Below, in pieces: positions 1 through 15,820 of a stretch of DNA of 64,000 bases; position 1 is the stretch's first letter; every line of letters starts with the position of its first letter. The DNA comes from Trichinella spiralis (lineage: Eukaryota), in contig NW_003526941.1 of assembly GCF_000181795.1 (NCBI RefSeq), positions 9,048,037 to 9,112,036 on the forward strand, given 5' to 3'. The position numbers and the translations under genes were made by a program. The notes beneath the pieces are model-generated. The model did not search any database. It worked only from the letters and a program-made list of their open reading frames with translations, and was not told the DNA's origin.

Positions 1-2908
1 AATGATAACTACTGATTGCATATCTGAAGCAATCTTTCATTTTTAACATCATAAATATTAAAGATGCTAAAGTGGAGTTTGCGAAATTTCACAACAAATC
101 AAAGATCAGACATTATTACACATTTGGTTACGTCATCGTTTCTCACTACCGTTGCCGCTATTGTTATACAGTTTTAATAATTCGTTACATTCATTTGAAA
201 AATGCGCAGAAAATCACGAAACATCCAAATAAACTTTATACTATTATAATGGGAAAAGATCTGTTAAATTATTCAGTTACATTTACATCTGAATGTGATT
301 TTCATCGACCAAGTTCATTTAAAGTGCGTTTGTAAAGCAACTGCTAAAAATCGTTGTGAACAAAAATGAAAACAAATTTATGTAGCCACGTGTTTAGTAT
401 CGCTGAGAACCAAATCGAGATATAAAGATAATAATCAGCCCGCTATTTTATAAAATTATGCATTTCTCTATCGCACAAAATTTGGCATTGTATACGATAA
501 GAAAATCAAGTATTAATAAATATTATTGCAGGTACGGTCGTAAAATATTCATATGTTGTGCAGAAATTAATTGAAAATGAATAAATTAGCATTTTAATCT
601 GTTTCCAACTAATTTTCTGAAACTGTTAACGACCTCAACGACTGACGTTCATTTATTTGATAACTGTGAAAACAACACACCAACAACCTGTTTCTACATA
701 ACTTCACAAGTGTATTATTATATTTCAATTATGAATTACCTTTTTTCCTTGAAACTGTTTTTAATTTCACCTCAGAAATGTAGCATATTAAGTTGAAATT
801 ACTATGCTCTCTAAATTTGAGAAATTTACTTATTCTGTTCTAGTAAACCGTGAATTAATATTCCCCATCATTTTAAACAATTACCAATTAACTGAAAAAT
901 GTGCAACTTACATGAATGGGTGTCTTCTGTTCGATGTGGGATACTATTCTTGGTATTGTCGACAATAAAATGTACAAAATCACACATTTGTTTTACATGT
1001 GGTCGTACAGTTTCCACGGAGAATGGGCATTCATCAGTTATAGCATGCGCGTTGCGTACTATTGTTTGAAAGCACGTTCGAAAGCAAACAAATAATATGA
1101 GCACACAAATTTGCATTATGTTGCGTTTTAACAATTATTAAATATAACGGCTATTTGAAATTTGCATATTAACAACATAATTGTAGCAAAACGAGTTGAG
1201 TAATAATATCAATACAAAATTATAGTCAGTAATGAGTAAGTAATCTGCTCGCATCATTTATATTATTTATTTCAAAAATATTGATTGTTCAATTAACGTT
1301 GTTATCAGTTTTTGCTTTATCTGTTTGAACAGAATGGAAATTATTGCAAAATGTAAAAGAGAATAGTATTTATGCTGCATCATTATTCATAAAAAATTTC
1401 CGCATAATGAATGGATACTTCATTGAAATGCTCTAACAGATTGAATTACTGACAATTATGCGTCACGCCTGTCGCGTTAGAAAATGTGTTTTCCGTATCC
1501 ATTTTGTATTGTATAATAAGTAACGGCGAAACGCATAGGCTATTTATTGAAATTTTAATGAATTTTTCTTACTGAAAGTTTGTACCGTACGCTAATTGAT
1601 ATCCATTTACTGATTGCAATCAAAAGTGTAGACAATTTTGATATAACGTTTTCAGTGTTCTGGAAATAGCTTAAGTCATGGCTTTATATATATCATATGC
1701 AACTTATGAACTTATGAACCAACCTATATAACTTATGGAAAAAACGGTTTTCTTAGAAACGATATTTCTGATAAACCAAGTCCTGCCTCCTGTCATCATG
1801 TTGAGGAAGGCACAAATATTGCATAATTAGGAATTAAAGATTTTATGTTTTTTATGTATTTTGTAATTGAATGAAAGTTGTTCTACTTACTGATTATGAA
1901 ATGCGTAAAAGCTAGAAGCGCAATTTAAATGTCCGTGTAAAGAAACAGAATGCATTGGAAATAGTTTCGTCTAAATTTCAATGATCGTCTAAATTGAACA
2001 ATTTTTTTTCAGAAATCACTGTTTCAGTGTTGAACATCTACCACTACATTCTTTGTTTATTTGATTATATTTTTAATTGTTGAACAAAAATATTTAATTT
2101 TACTATTTATATTGCCATTTTTAATGATAATTTCAATTAATAAAGGATGAAGAAGAACGTATCATATATTCTCTGTTATAATTAATAAATAACATTTTAA
2201 CGTTTAACTAACTGCAGCAGCATATAAAATTTTTTATTTCAAAAAAATATAATAATAATGCATGCAGCGCCAATAAATTTTCCCATATTAATTTGTGAAA
2301 ATTATTTTTTTAACATTGCTTACCTGTCAATGATGAATAATGATGATTTAAATGACGCAATTGTTGAAGGAACAATTTTTCATAACACTAGTTACGAAAT
2401 CGATGTTTTACAAAATGTAGAAATATTAAATCATTTTATGATAAAGTGATATTCACAAGTAATAAATTTAAGAAATTTCATTTCATGAAGTCGCTCTAGT
2501 TTTAAATTCTAATAAAGCAGCACTAAAGTGTTTCGTGCGCAGAGAATTTTGCATAATGTTTATCATGGGCTTGCAGTATTATGTATGCAAATTTATTTCA
2601 ATGAAATCAGTGTCGGTTTGTAAAGATTTCAAACTTGAAAATCAAATAAAATTACAGCAAATTATTTGTAGTTTCTAGTGTAAATTTATTGAAATATTTT
2701 TTATTAATTGAATAGCAACTGACATGAGTATTGTTGCTGAATTGAACAATCTTAGAAAGTGTCGTAATTATTAGATAAATTGTATAATGAATTAAAAATT
2801 GAAGAATTAATTAATCGAAATGAATACCGTAAAATTTTATGCAGTTGTTGGACAAAAACATTCTTTGAGATGGATATATATATATATATTGGTGACCACG
2901 ATGTGTAC

Positions 2909-4772
2909 TCAGCTGATAACACCATTGTTATCATCATCACCGCCACCATCATCATCCTGCACAAATACTTTTCTTTTTGAAAATGTTGCTTGTGCTTTTT
3001 CCAGTTGAACAATTCGACTTTCCAAATGATCTTTGGTCAACCTCAACGCGGTCGTATCCGAACGTACTGGTAAATGATCAAGCTTCAATTGCAGATCGAA
3101 AATTGCTGCAGAATGAAAAGAATAGTTTTGCAAACAAATTAAACCAACAGATCAAATTTATGTCAAACAAAAGAAATACCTGAAATTTTCAGAACATACC
3201 TAAACGAATGGCAGATAACATTTCACGTCGCTCTTGTAGCGGTATTTCTGAACAGCCCCTTGGTAGAAGTAGTGGATCATTTCGCAACTGTGACGAAGTA
3301 TTCCTTCTTGGTACAGAGCTAGAGCAAAGAATAAAAATGGAAATTTTCAAAATTGAACATTACTGTTGCGCACAATTCTACCATGATCTAGTCATCTTTT
3401 TCTGACACCTGGAGCTCACATCCTGAGCTTGACCATGCCGGTCGTCAGGTATATGGTTTATGGAAGAGCTGGATGAGCAAAAGTTCGACATTCGACAGTT
3501 TTTCCTTTTCGACTCACAAGCTCCAACAGCTGAAGAACAACAACGCTGAAATTATTGCAAATGGATAAACTTTTTAAAATTGGCTTTTTTGAATAATCAG
3601 TCGGCTTACAGCGGAGTCAGGTTTGAGCAAATTTTTCTTCTCATTTGAACAACCGTTTTTCCGATCAACCAAAGGTGGACAATTCCACTCACATCCAGTA
3701 TCTTCTTCATCGTCTGTCAGTTTATCCAAGCACAACGGTGTGATCACTTTTGCTGAGTTGACCTTTCCATTTTCCTGTACGATGTTATTCATTTTAAATT
3801 AGCATAATTCATAATTGAATATATTACAGAAATCAGTTCAAAATTAACAAATAACAAATTGAATTGAACCACTGCATGCAGATAAGATCAATATTACTTA
3901 TTCTCGTATATCAACAGCATCTATTGATTATTGATACTGGCAAAGGTTGTTGCCGCTCAATCATCAAGGTCACACCACATGCGTATGAACAATCACATAC
4001 CATTTTGTTGTTCGTGATTGTCACATTGAAGGAGAAATATTTCATGCAAATTTTTGGAATGCTTCACCATATCATACATTTTTCAAAATAAACATAACGT
4101 GAATGAAATATTTGCAGGTGAATAATTGCAAAATTATCAAACGAACCGAACAATCCTCTATACTGTGTGTCAAGCGTAGCGGTCGACTTTAACAAGAACA
4201 TTATTATTTCATGCAGAAATGTAAAACTTATTGTCATTGTAGAGAGGAAGAAAAGTTGAGCTATTTTGTTTATAAGTTTAAAATTTCATTTCAAAAAATC
4301 AATGAAAATGACCAATTATTAAAATAAGCAATAATAATAATAATAATAATACCAGTGCAACAACAGCTTCGTTCAATGAACAATTTTGCTTCTTTCGGCA
4401 AGTGATGGTCGGTTGATCAGACTTAAACGAATGCCTCTTTTCCATGTTGCGACTGTTATGGATTTTCAATAAATTCTTATCCAAAGCACCATCTGAATTA
4501 TCGAACGGAGAAAATTATTAAAAATGAAAAAGAAAAATTGATCTACTGGTCAATTAATAAATTGAATGTAGAATTTTACTAGTTTTCAACGGTTGGTTCT
4601 TTTTCGAACCGTTCAACAGCACAGCCACACCACAGCCCCGCAAACTGAGCTGATAATTATTCTTCGCTTCTGGTCGAACGCGGAGTCTCCTCGGTTCGTC
4701 CGGCATCACGGCCAATGGTCCTCGACTTTCCATCAGCAATGACGACGAACGGTGCAGACTATTTCTGCGCAT
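2909..4772 (-). CDS. ENKD1: Enkurin domain-containing protein (ENKD1-like), multi-exon; middle exons not resolved
   Basis: The spliced last two exons read DPLLLPRGCSEIPLQERREMLSAIRLAIFDLQLKLDHLPVRSDTTALRLTKDHLESRIVQLEKAQATFSKRKVFVQDDD. This fits the enkurin-domain C-terminus (ending FS..KVFV). The first ORF (4554-4772) has RVRPEA...RG.GVAVLL, resembling ENKD1 N-termini. Confidence 0.65.
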
Positions 4773-5218
4773 TTATTACGGATTATTTATTAGCCCCTCA
4801 TGAATACCACTGCAAAGTCTGCCTCTACTGCTGCTGCTGCTGCTGCTGCTACAGTTCTGCAGCTTGTGCTTTTTTCTTCTCGACCACAATTCACTGCTGT
4901 CTATGGACGACAATTCATCCAAACCTGAACACCAAACGAAGCTTCTTCCAAACACGCAACTGGACAACTGTTGCCATGCCAACCTCACTGAAATGCATAC
5001 ACAAAAACAATTCTACGTAATAAGCACAACAATCAATAATCGTTCATTTTTGTGAAAATCGAGCTATACATACATACATATATATATTGAACAAAACTGC
5101 TACATTTTTGTTGTGTTCAAAAAAAACTGTACACTTTTTTTCGAACATATTATTATTATTTATTTCAATATTTTGGTAAAACAGCATCTGCTTGTTTTGA
5201 TTAGTTTTTTTTTCGACT

Positions 5219-7005
5219 TCAAACGGATTGCAAATCAGAAGAAAGCTCGTCGGCGGGGAATTTTTCCCCAGAATCGAAGCTGCTCCGCGATTTGAGCTTT
5301 TGGGAGGCGGATGGGGGCGGGATCGAGGCCGGGGCCGGCGGCAACTGCATCACCTTCTTCTTCGGCGACCGCTGGGCACGGTTCTGCGGAGCCATCGGTG
5401 TCGACGAACGGGATCGCTGTTGCGGAGGCGTTTCTCCACCGGTCGGTCCTCCACCACCGGCACTGATCATTTCGGTCGACGGATTGCAAGCCGCCGCCTG
5501 CGCTTGTTGTTGCTGCTGCTGCTGCTTTTCGTTAGCTTGAGGGTGAATTTTTGTCAACGAGTCGATCGCGCCGACCAGCATCGCCTTCGGTGATTTGTGC
5601 AACTCGCGATAGCGGGTCCACAACGAAAACGCGATCTCGTTGCACATGATGTTGCCCGAGTGATTGAAAATCATCCTCAGGATGAATATCCCATCCGGAC
5701 GTAAATAATTGTTGACGAACTTGTCCAAATGTTTGCCGTCCTTTTGCGGATCCGGCGGCGCGTCGGAGAACTCCAAGCAGCGTTGGATGAACCGCAACCG
5801 CAACGAAGGCAACAGGATCGTCAACAGCCAGTAGGCCATGTTGACAAAGGTGAGCAACGTCAAAAAGAGGAACCACAGCCAGAGGAAGAGGAAAATTTTC
5901 TCCGTGAACATGTTGATGACCAGCACGCACTGGACCGTATGCCGGTGCACGTTGCCAAGCACGCGGATGTCGAAATCGCACAGCGTCACTCGAGGAAAGA
6001 CGCCCGAATTTTGCCACTCCACTCCCTGGAACATGCACAAACGGATATTTTGGAAAAAATGAAGCAACAATAAAATAAGCAACCAAAACCATAGAAAAGC
6101 ACACATGAAACTAACCCACCTGCAACAGATTCCACACAACATGCGCTCCAAGAAATTGGGTATTCTCGTTGGCCAAGAATCGATTCAGCAAAAAGAACTG
6201 ACCAAAAACGTTGATAAAGTACAAAAATTTTACAAAACAATACATCAGCGTGACGTAGGCACCGTAGAATTTTCCAATTCGTATGAATGCCCATAAATAA
6301 ACGGAACGCTCTTTTCGACCAAAATCACGCTGAAAGCGCAGGGCATCGTCAATGTGCCTGGCAAGCACGTTCACTGTATACAGACGATTCTGCGGTTCAA
6401 TGTTGCGCGAATCGCAAGCCAATTCCAAAACCCCCAAAATATTGATGCCTAAAAAAATTGAACGATCAAAGATAAGAAACAAAATGAAAAAATAACTTTT
6501 CTCAAAGTACCCGACTGAGCATTCATGAACCGCCATACAGATGTGGGAATGTAAAACATAAGTGCCTCAATGGCTAGCACAAACGGTACCCATTGGTAAT
6601 AGCCAATTTGACGTTCTTCGCGTTCGTCAGACCGTTGTGGTATGAAATCATCAAACGGTACCCAGTAGGTGTTTTGTATCCAGCAAAAATTTTCCGTATA
6701 CTGTTCCATGGCTTTGGTAAATTGAGCCGGCACCCAACATTCGATCGGATGCCCCGCGTATTGTTTAGCCGACACGAGAATGGCCATCATGATGATAACG
6801 CCACTTGTGTAATAATAGTTGAGGCGGTCGACGAAATCATCGTCGATCCGCGGTTCGATGCTTTTCAACACACTTGTCAAAAAGTGCATACTGAGCAGAG
6901 ACTGCCAACGGTAGCCTCCGCCACGCCCGACGTGACCACCTAAGTTGTGGTGTGCCACTGGAGCTGGATAAACTTGAGTCCAAACCGGTGCCGCACGGTC
7001 TGATC
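5219..7005 (-). CDS. Innexin (gap-junction protein, UNC-7/UNC-9-like); exons approx. 7005-6511, 6448-6120, 6025-5219; internal Met at 6889
   Basis: Signature motifs DDFVDRLNYYYT, KQYAGHPIECWVP, YYQWVPF, FPRVTLCDF, CVLVINMFTEKIFLFLWLW, YLRPDGIF; canonical GT-AG introns; Q/P-rich C-terminal tail. Confidence 0.96.
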
Positions 7006-10000
7006 CTATTGGAATAAAATTTAATATTACACACATATACATATACACATACATATGTGTCTGAATTACTGTACAAAACAAAACTAGATGACCAAGATAA
7101 ATAATAATAATATTCTCCAAAGTATCAATAAAATAAACTACATGAAAATGAGAAGCTTCTGAAAATAATAAATTCATCACCACAATAAAATGATCACAGT
7201 GTAATTAAAATTTAACTTCAATTATTATCCAATAAAACAAAATATTTAATCGTAAAGAAAGCAACAACCGTAATGATCAAACGGACGGAATATTCTACTT
7301 CTCTCTTTGATTTAACAAGCTATTTTGCAAGCAAGCTAATACAACAAACAACACACGGTGTGTAAAATGGCAAATTTTTTACAAAAGCAAAAGAATAACA
7401 TTAATTTAAACCTATTTGAATAAAAATTTAAAAAAAATAAATAAGTCCTTTCACAAAAAAGAAAGAATCAAGTTGCAATTGTTTTTCTTTTTTCAAATTG
7501 TAATATGTTCAACTTGATTGAACAGAGGTTTCAAAAATTACCTTCAGTCACTTGGTGTGCATGCAAGTGGTGGATGTATATATTATAATAAATAGTTGAC
7601 TTGTTTGGAAATTTTTAGCTGTCTGAAAATGAACACAAACACGCCTAGCTATCTGTCTGTCCGTAGATGAAGAAGTTAGTTAGTCAATGCTTGCATATTG
7701 GAAAGACATTTTCAATCCTACTGTACAACAAGATGAAAGGAAAAGATGAAAAAATAAATAAATAATCTTCTCAAAACAACGTGACGCATTCGGTTATTTC
7801 TTGCGCGGCTTTTTTCCTAGCTTTGCTAATGGTTCTACACCTTGGAATTAGCTCGACAAAGTATCTTCTGAACCGACGAACACACAGATGCTCCCCTTGG
7901 GCCTTGTGAGAATTCCAACTTGCAATATTTTTCTTTGTTCAACAATAAAAAAAACTAATAACAGACAAAAAATGGAAAATAAAATAAAATAAACTAGCAT
8001 ATATTCGAAATCCAATTGGACTAATTTCGAACGTTTGTTCGAAAAGCATTCAGAAAAAAAAGACACATAAAAGCTAACCTCTGTGCAATTTATCAAAGCG
8101 ATGTGTTTTGAAATTTTCTGCAAAATAAAAGCAAAACAATAAAATAGTAATTATTAAAAGAAAAAACGTTTTCTTCGTCAAAATAAACTTTGCGTTTCGT
8201 TTCGATGAAGTTGATGAAGTGGAGAAAATTTTGATAATATAAGCTAAGAAGCAAACTGCATTTATTATAGTATAAAATAACGTCGTTACCTGAAATGAAC
8301 TGCGGCAACAAATTTTCTTTTATTAATAAATAATTTGATATTTAAAAAAAACAAATAAATCACATGCAAATAATATTACAAAATTATTATTTCATATGAG
8401 TATTGTTTTTATTTTTTCAGTCACTACAGTACATAAGCTTCTTCTGTCGAATCATTTTCATCATGTGTTTCAAGATTCAACAGATCAAATTTATTTTCAA
8501 TCTTTTCGCTTGAAATTTTAAAAAAATAAAATGTGCAATAGGGTAATTTTAATGATGCCAAAAATAATAATGCACATTGGAAGTAATAGTATTGCTCAAA
8601 AATTAAATGAGAAAAAACCCACAGTGGCAAAGCAATGGAAATCATAGATTGTGTGTTTGTTAGTTAGCGAACAGATTTGCAAAGAATAAGAAGAAGAAGA
8701 AGAAGCTTTCCAAAGAACAAAAACATTAAAAGCTAAAATAACTGCAGCGTTGCAGAAGGTCTGCACATCTTAATGACAAGTTTACAACTCGTGTTGCATC
8801 ATTTGAAAAAGCGTGCCTGCTTGTTCTTTCCAGCTTTAGCCAACATGAACACCAATATAGATAGACAGATAATAATGATGACAGATCACAAACTCTGTTG
8901 AAATTGCCGCCTTATCTGTTTTTGCAAATTCAAATTTCCAAATAATTACGATGACGTTTTTACGACGCTATGATGATGATGATGAGGATGATGATGCGTA
9001 CACGTAACATTTTATATGCAACCAAACGTTGAACCTCATTATTTACTAGTACTAGAAGCAATACTACTACTAGCAGTAGTATTTATTAAAATTTAATAAA
9101 TTTTGTTCCATTATAAATAAATCAAGAAAGCTATTTATGTATATAAATAAATAATCTTTGGACATATCATTATTTATCGTAATAATCAATTGTTGCAAAA
9201 TTTCAACAATGAATCATAACTAAATCTTTTCCTTCTATTCAAAATAAATATCACTAATTCATTTATTGAATAATATAATTTAAAATGCATATAAATATAC
9301 ACAACTATAATACACATTTGAACTCATCAATTACATTTCGAATAATAATTGCATTCCTTCTATTTAACAGATACCTATACATATGCATATATAAATGTGA
9401 ATTTAAAAAATAAGCAATAAGAAATAATTGTATTTCTGTTCATTCAAATTTATAACAACAGGACGTTATTTTCTACGATTTTAAATTACTTAAACTAAAT
9501 TTATTGCATCAGAAAATTGAAATCATTAGCCGTAAACTTTGATTTCAAATTTTCAATTTATCCCCAACAACTACTTGAAAATGCAATGAAAACATACTAA
9601 AAAGCGAATATGAATATAATTATTCAATGAAATAAAAAGTAAATTTTTTCCATTTTCCCAATTTCATTGTTTCAAACAAATGCTGTTTTTGTAGTTGTGT
9701 AACAAACAAAATGACAGATATTTTTCTTTATAGTAATATGCTCAATGATTGATTAAACAATCGAAAAGCAAAAGTATATTTGTGACTTATTATTGCTGAC
9801 CTAGCGTAAATGACAAAGCTAATGAATGTTGAATAAAAACAACATTCAAAATCAACCTTTCAACAAATAAAAACACTTCAAATCAATCGAATTAAAAGAT
9901 GATAACAATCAATGAATTAATTAATAAGAAAATATGGATAATTTTTAAAAAAAAATTTCACACAACATCAACAACACCTACATTAGAAATACTTTTTTTC

Positions 10001-13000
10001 CCTCTGACAAATATTTCAACTTTGAATGACACCATAATGTCATTTGTTTGCTAGCAAAATGTCTGCCTAGTGGAGAAACGTTGCAAAAGTGGACGCATCG
10101 GTGAAAGCCCACAGAGACCGTTAAAATAGAAAAGCATGAAATATATTCATATTTAACCTTATTTCAAATTTTAATATAAAACAAAAACAACAACTACAAT
10201 CAATAGGGTATATTATTAATCGTTGAAATTTTAACGGTGCAATAATGAAACAGACAACAATTTTCATTTAACATACAACACTACATCCAGCTTGTCAATT
10301 GAAAAAGCCAAAAAAGCAAAAAAAAGAACAATCCTATTCAGAATGAATGAACAATAAAGAAAATAAATAAATCTATTAATATGCAATGCTTCCTCCCCGA
10401 TGAGTAGATGTGTCAATTTTATGCATCACCGCCGCGAATATCAGCAGCATTCAACAGCTTTGCCACAGCTAACAAACCGAACAAGTCAAGTCTAGATGAG
10501 AAAGCTTTAACAATTTTTCCCTTCTCATTATCTTTGTGCAAATGAAATATATTTTGAAAAAATGCACACATAACAAGCCCAATAATTCCTGCCTCAGTAA
10601 TGAGATGTTCAAGAATGTTTGTTTACCTGTTGTCCTCGGTTCCGTGGGGCGTCCAAATGAATGAACATTAAGCATTTGATTTGAAAACGAAGAAGAAAGA
10701 AATACAAATTGCTTTAAAAAATAAATATTAAAGTAGAAATTGCAAAAAAAAATAAACGAAGAAGCAGAGCCAACAACAACAACAACAGCTACAGTAACAA
10801 GAGGCTAAAAGTAGAAAATAGTAAAACGTAAAAAAAGGAGTGTCGTTAGAAAGTGTTGGCAAATGTGATCTATGCGTGGAAAATGCGGTTAGCCAGTCAG
10901 TATAATGAGATGTTGAATAATTCAAAGTGATCAACTGGTATACAGTGGTGGTCAATTTCATTCGATAATGAGTTGGACCGAAATTGGGCAATGATAAATT
11001 CCCAAGTCGACCGTAGAATAAAAGTATATAAAATGTGTGTGCACGTACTTGGTTGGGAAATTCTTGAAATTTCGCCAAAATTGACCGGATAGTCCATAAT
11101 CATTGGCCAAATTCAATAGCAAAAGTGCATTTTATAAACGAAAAAAAAGCATTGACAATAAATTACTTTTGTACTTTCACTAAGTGAAAAATTCTTCTTC
11201 TAAAACTTTTCCTACTGTCAATTAATAATGATTCAGTTGGCAAGCTCTATCTGTGTTTGAGTATGTGTGTGTATGTGTATGCATGTGGGGGTATGAACCG
11301 ACTAGAAGCGATCAGTAAGCATTGGTCGTAGTAGCTCAACGTCAGTCGATCAATTACGCTTTAATCCAATTGGCTGGTAATTCGATAAAAACTTGCAATT
11401 CATTCACTTAGTCAAAAAGTATTTTTCCATTCCATCCGTCCGTTCGACAGTAATAATATCAAAAATAACACTATCCAAACCCCTCCCTGTCCCTACCCCT
11501 CTTTCCTTTGCTCGCTCGCTTCTGCATCAACTCACCTGACGTGCGTTCAATGGATGTCTAATGAAATGAATAATATAAAAAAATGAAACTTTCATAAAAT
11601 CTTCTTCATCTAATATAATTACAGTTACTTTTACTTGTCTATCTTTTGTCTGATTTTAAAATCGTGTACTGAAATTAACCGAAAGTGAATAGTTCAAAAA
11701 TTGTTACATCAAACTTGCAAGTAAGCATGGTTGCTTCACAAGTTGTTTCAGGCTTTTGTCATCTATTCGATTATGGACAAATCAAATCTTCAAACTCAAA
11801 TGGTCGTCTGAGATTAAAACGGAACCTCAAATGAAACAAATGCCACCCGCAATGAACGAATAAAGTGAAGACTGCATTCATTTTGAAAAAATTTTTTTAA
11901 ATGCACTAAAATATTTGCATATATTATGTATATGCTAAAACGGAAACAACAAAAAATGTACACATGAAATGAATCTACTGCTTCTAGAGTTTGAACGACA
12001 ATGCTTCCACACTAGCAGATATTGGTAATTGGGAACGTTTTTGACTTCAACATAAAACTCTGAAAATTGATACTGCCATTACTGCTGCATTCATTTATTC
12101 AAAATCGATCATTCAAAAATATCCATATTGAACAATTCATATATTCAAATTGTTTCTACTTGAAGAAAAATAGAAGAAAAGTACCATTTTTCTTTTTATG
12201 TATGTTGGTAATTGAGATGGAAAATGAAGTTAGTAAGAGAAAGAAAAAGAGATATTTCGCTTTATGCATGCTATAAAATATTGTGAAAAATTGATGAACA
12301 ACAACAAATAATTTGATCACTAATTATGGGGAAAGTTTTCCAAGAAAACTTCGTGAAATAATTTTCAATTAAGCTCAACTGAACGTTCATTTCAACAAGC
12401 TTATTATGAAATACGACACAATCCCAAATGATTCAACTCTGAATTCATCGTATACACTATAACTCTAAGATTGGGATTTTTAATTTTTGCTTTTCTATTA
12501 TTTTTCATACAAAATTTCCACCCGTCCATCCAAATTCAGTAATGAAAATAAAATAAAATAAAAATACCACCTAGCTATCAACACAAAAATAATTGCAAGA
12601 AGTTATCAAAATTGTTAAATATTATTTTCCAGATGCAGTATCAACTTCAATTTCACATAACAGAAATTAATAGACGCATACCTTAGGTGAAATCATTGAC
12701 TACAGTTGAACTTAAAAAAAAGAACAAAACGGAATTCACTATATATATATTTTTTCCATTTAATAAAGCACCTAATACAGTCGCTTCAAAATGACACAAC
12801 AAAAGAAACAAACAAACAAACACATGTGAACCTTATTCCAGAAATTAAATGGAAACTGAATTCCAAAAATACATACACGTGAAGATGGCAAAACAGAGGA
12901 CTGCACGCATTGCATATCATACGCAAAAAACAACAGGATTCATTTGGTGCTTCAATCAAAGCATCGCTTTTCTGTAGTCCGTTGAAACAGAAAAACTATC

Positions 13001-15787
13001 CGTTCAGATAAAATGGACATATCTTATTTAAATTTAAACTTTTCACATTCAATTCAACATTAGAGCATTGTCAATAATTTGGCAGATCGTGTTTTGTTTA
13101 TTTATGAAAATCAATTTTTCTAAATCTGCTATATTATTTACTTTGAAGATTAAACTGTTGTTGTTTGGTTATGAAATTGTGATGAAAGGAATTGGAAAAG
13201 GGAATTTCAATTTCCATATCCCAATCAACAACAACACTAACAATAAGTCAAGTGGAAAATGAGGATAAAGTACAAATTTGGACAAGTGAACACAAGTGAT
13301 TATCAAAATTACAATTTCCACAACAAAGTTGAACAGAAAAATGAAAATGAACATAAGCTATTTTAAAAATTTAGATACAGATTTTTTTTGAAAATTTTAA
13401 TTTTCAAACATGTCGTCGTTGTTGATCGGAATTTCGCTAGATCAGATTTATAAAATTGAAAGTGTTGTTCATCAATGTGATCAAATTGAACAACGACAAG
13501 TTAAGAACAATGACAACATGCCGATATGTAATGCAACAGACAAACAGCTGCTATAAAGCAACAATGCAGGATGAAAAACAACACCAACATTAGAGGAGGT
13601 GTATTCAATCGTTAATTGGGCTGTTCAAGCCTTTGCGACAAGATCAAGCAGGTGAACACACATACACATACACATACACACACCTGATATTATAATATAA
13701 GCATGATCTGTGCGATTGGGATAATTTAAAAATACGAATAATCTGAACAACAACAATTCCTTCTAGTCAACGAAAATTGATGTTCAATTATAAAATGAAG
13801 GAAGTTATCAGTTCCCAATATAATGTAATATGATAAAATATAATATACACTGTTCCTCATTTGCTCTGATGATGACTAATTCACAAAGCACCTGTTGTTG
13901 GGAAAGTAGAAAGCAATTTTTTTATCAAAAAAAGCATAAATCTTTCACATGATGACAGAAGAAAAATATTTCAGATTTTTAAAATTAATGCCTAGAAGTG
14001 AAATGAAGAAGAAGAAGAAGAAGAAATGATGAATATTTTCCTTCATAGTCACCCCTTTCCCATGCATTTTCCTCCTTGACAATGAAGAATCAATTTTTCA
14101 AAAATATTATTAAAAAAAGTATTTCGCTGAAAGATATTTTCATATATTACATTCACAACAACCTTAAGAAAATTTCCACAAAAACAAATGTTGAAATTTC
14201 AAACGCAATAATGAACGAACATTCGAAAGAACAGAAAAGTACAAATTTGTTCAAATGCTTGGAAACAGTGATCGAGATGAAAGGATCATTCACATCCAAA
14301 CGTACAAACCAATCGGTTCAACAGAGGCAACATGCAAATTCTTTTGAAACTTTTTTTACGTCACCAAAGATTCGACAGAGAAAATAATTTTCTCTTTAAA
14401 ACCAATAATGAAAATAAAATCACCAATTTCTCCGATTGATGAAAAAGATGAAGATGTGTACAATTGTATGGGTGGAAAAATTAGCATTTCAGGAAAAAAA
14501 ATTCAAATAAAAATAAATGAATAACATTGCTTGTTCACAGTTTCAAAGGCTAATTAATTTCAAAACATGCAACAAAGCAGTAATATCAAATTTCTTTTTT
14601 CTTCAAAAAAAAAGAATAATCCTTTTATAATAATTGTAATAGGGATGGATTCGATTTTCTTTTCAACAAAATTCAACAAATCACAAATCACACCAGCAGT
14701 ATAATCACAAATCAGTGATAATGAATGTTGTATGAAAATGGGAAAGAATAATTTAATATAATTTGACTTGATTTGATTTGATTTGATTAATTCTATTTCT
14801 TCTCTCTTGCTTTTTTTAAAAAGTTTTCAAGAAGCTCAACCAAATTAAAAATAAAAAGAATCTATTTTGTTGCCGTTGGATAATAAAAAATGGACAACAA
14901 TATCCTTCCCGTTCATATGATAAAAATAATTAAAAAAATATGAAGAACTAAAAATTCAAATTTTCAACATCCAACCAAACTTACCATGAGACATCGTTTG
15001 TCGGACAGTTTGAGTTTTCATAATTGTTCAATAGAGCAAGGAAGTGTTAGAGGCGAAAATTTCCGCCGGCGAATCATTAAAGCTTGAAATGAATAATTTC
15101 ACCGTAACCATGAGCAAAAACCGAGCGTATTGCCATACCGAGAACAACCATGATGCACGCGAGAGATTAATATTAACAACAACATGTGGTTGGACGACGC
15201 AAGTGAAATAATGATGATGATGATTTATTTGTTATTTATTCCACATCATCGGACCGAGATGATCACACATCAATACAACGATGATGCTCTCTCTCTCTCT
15301 CAGTTGAAACAACTTGGAAGAATGTATGTGTGATAAAAGTTTGCGTATGCGATGTTTGGATTGCCTAAGGGAGAAGTTGTGAAGCGTAAGATTATTTGGT
15401 CGAAAATTTCGGTTCAGGATCAACAGAGATTATCCATCCACTAGAAATGGAAAATATTTTCTCTCTCTCTCTTTACAGATCTGGCAGCAAGGAAGAGGGG
15501 GAAAAAGACGACGGTGATGAAGAAGTTACGTTGCTGTTTCTAGTCATGCTTTTCAAGCATTGTTAAAATGAAAATTCAGTAGGAGGGAAGCGTGAATAAA
15601 AATAGGCAGAATAAGAAGAAGAAGCTGACAAACAAATGAGAATCAAATAATCAGCTATATACATAGCTATGGAGAAACTATGAGAACGAAACTTCGTTCC
15701 ATCTTCTTCTTTTACTTATCATATATATTCTTCTTATTTCATCGTCGTCTTGCCAGAAGCGTGCCTATGTCACTTTATGCCAAATGC

Positions 15788-15788
<1 letters not shown>

Positions 15789-15820
<32 letters not shown>
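15789..15820. repeat. (TCA)n microsatellite
   Basis: About 10 tandem TCA units read directly from the sequence. Confidence 0.9.

Noticed and set aside
1..2750. Short ORFs in the AT-rich start of the window
   Set aside because: No recognisable protein motifs, terminal repeats or consistent exon structure.
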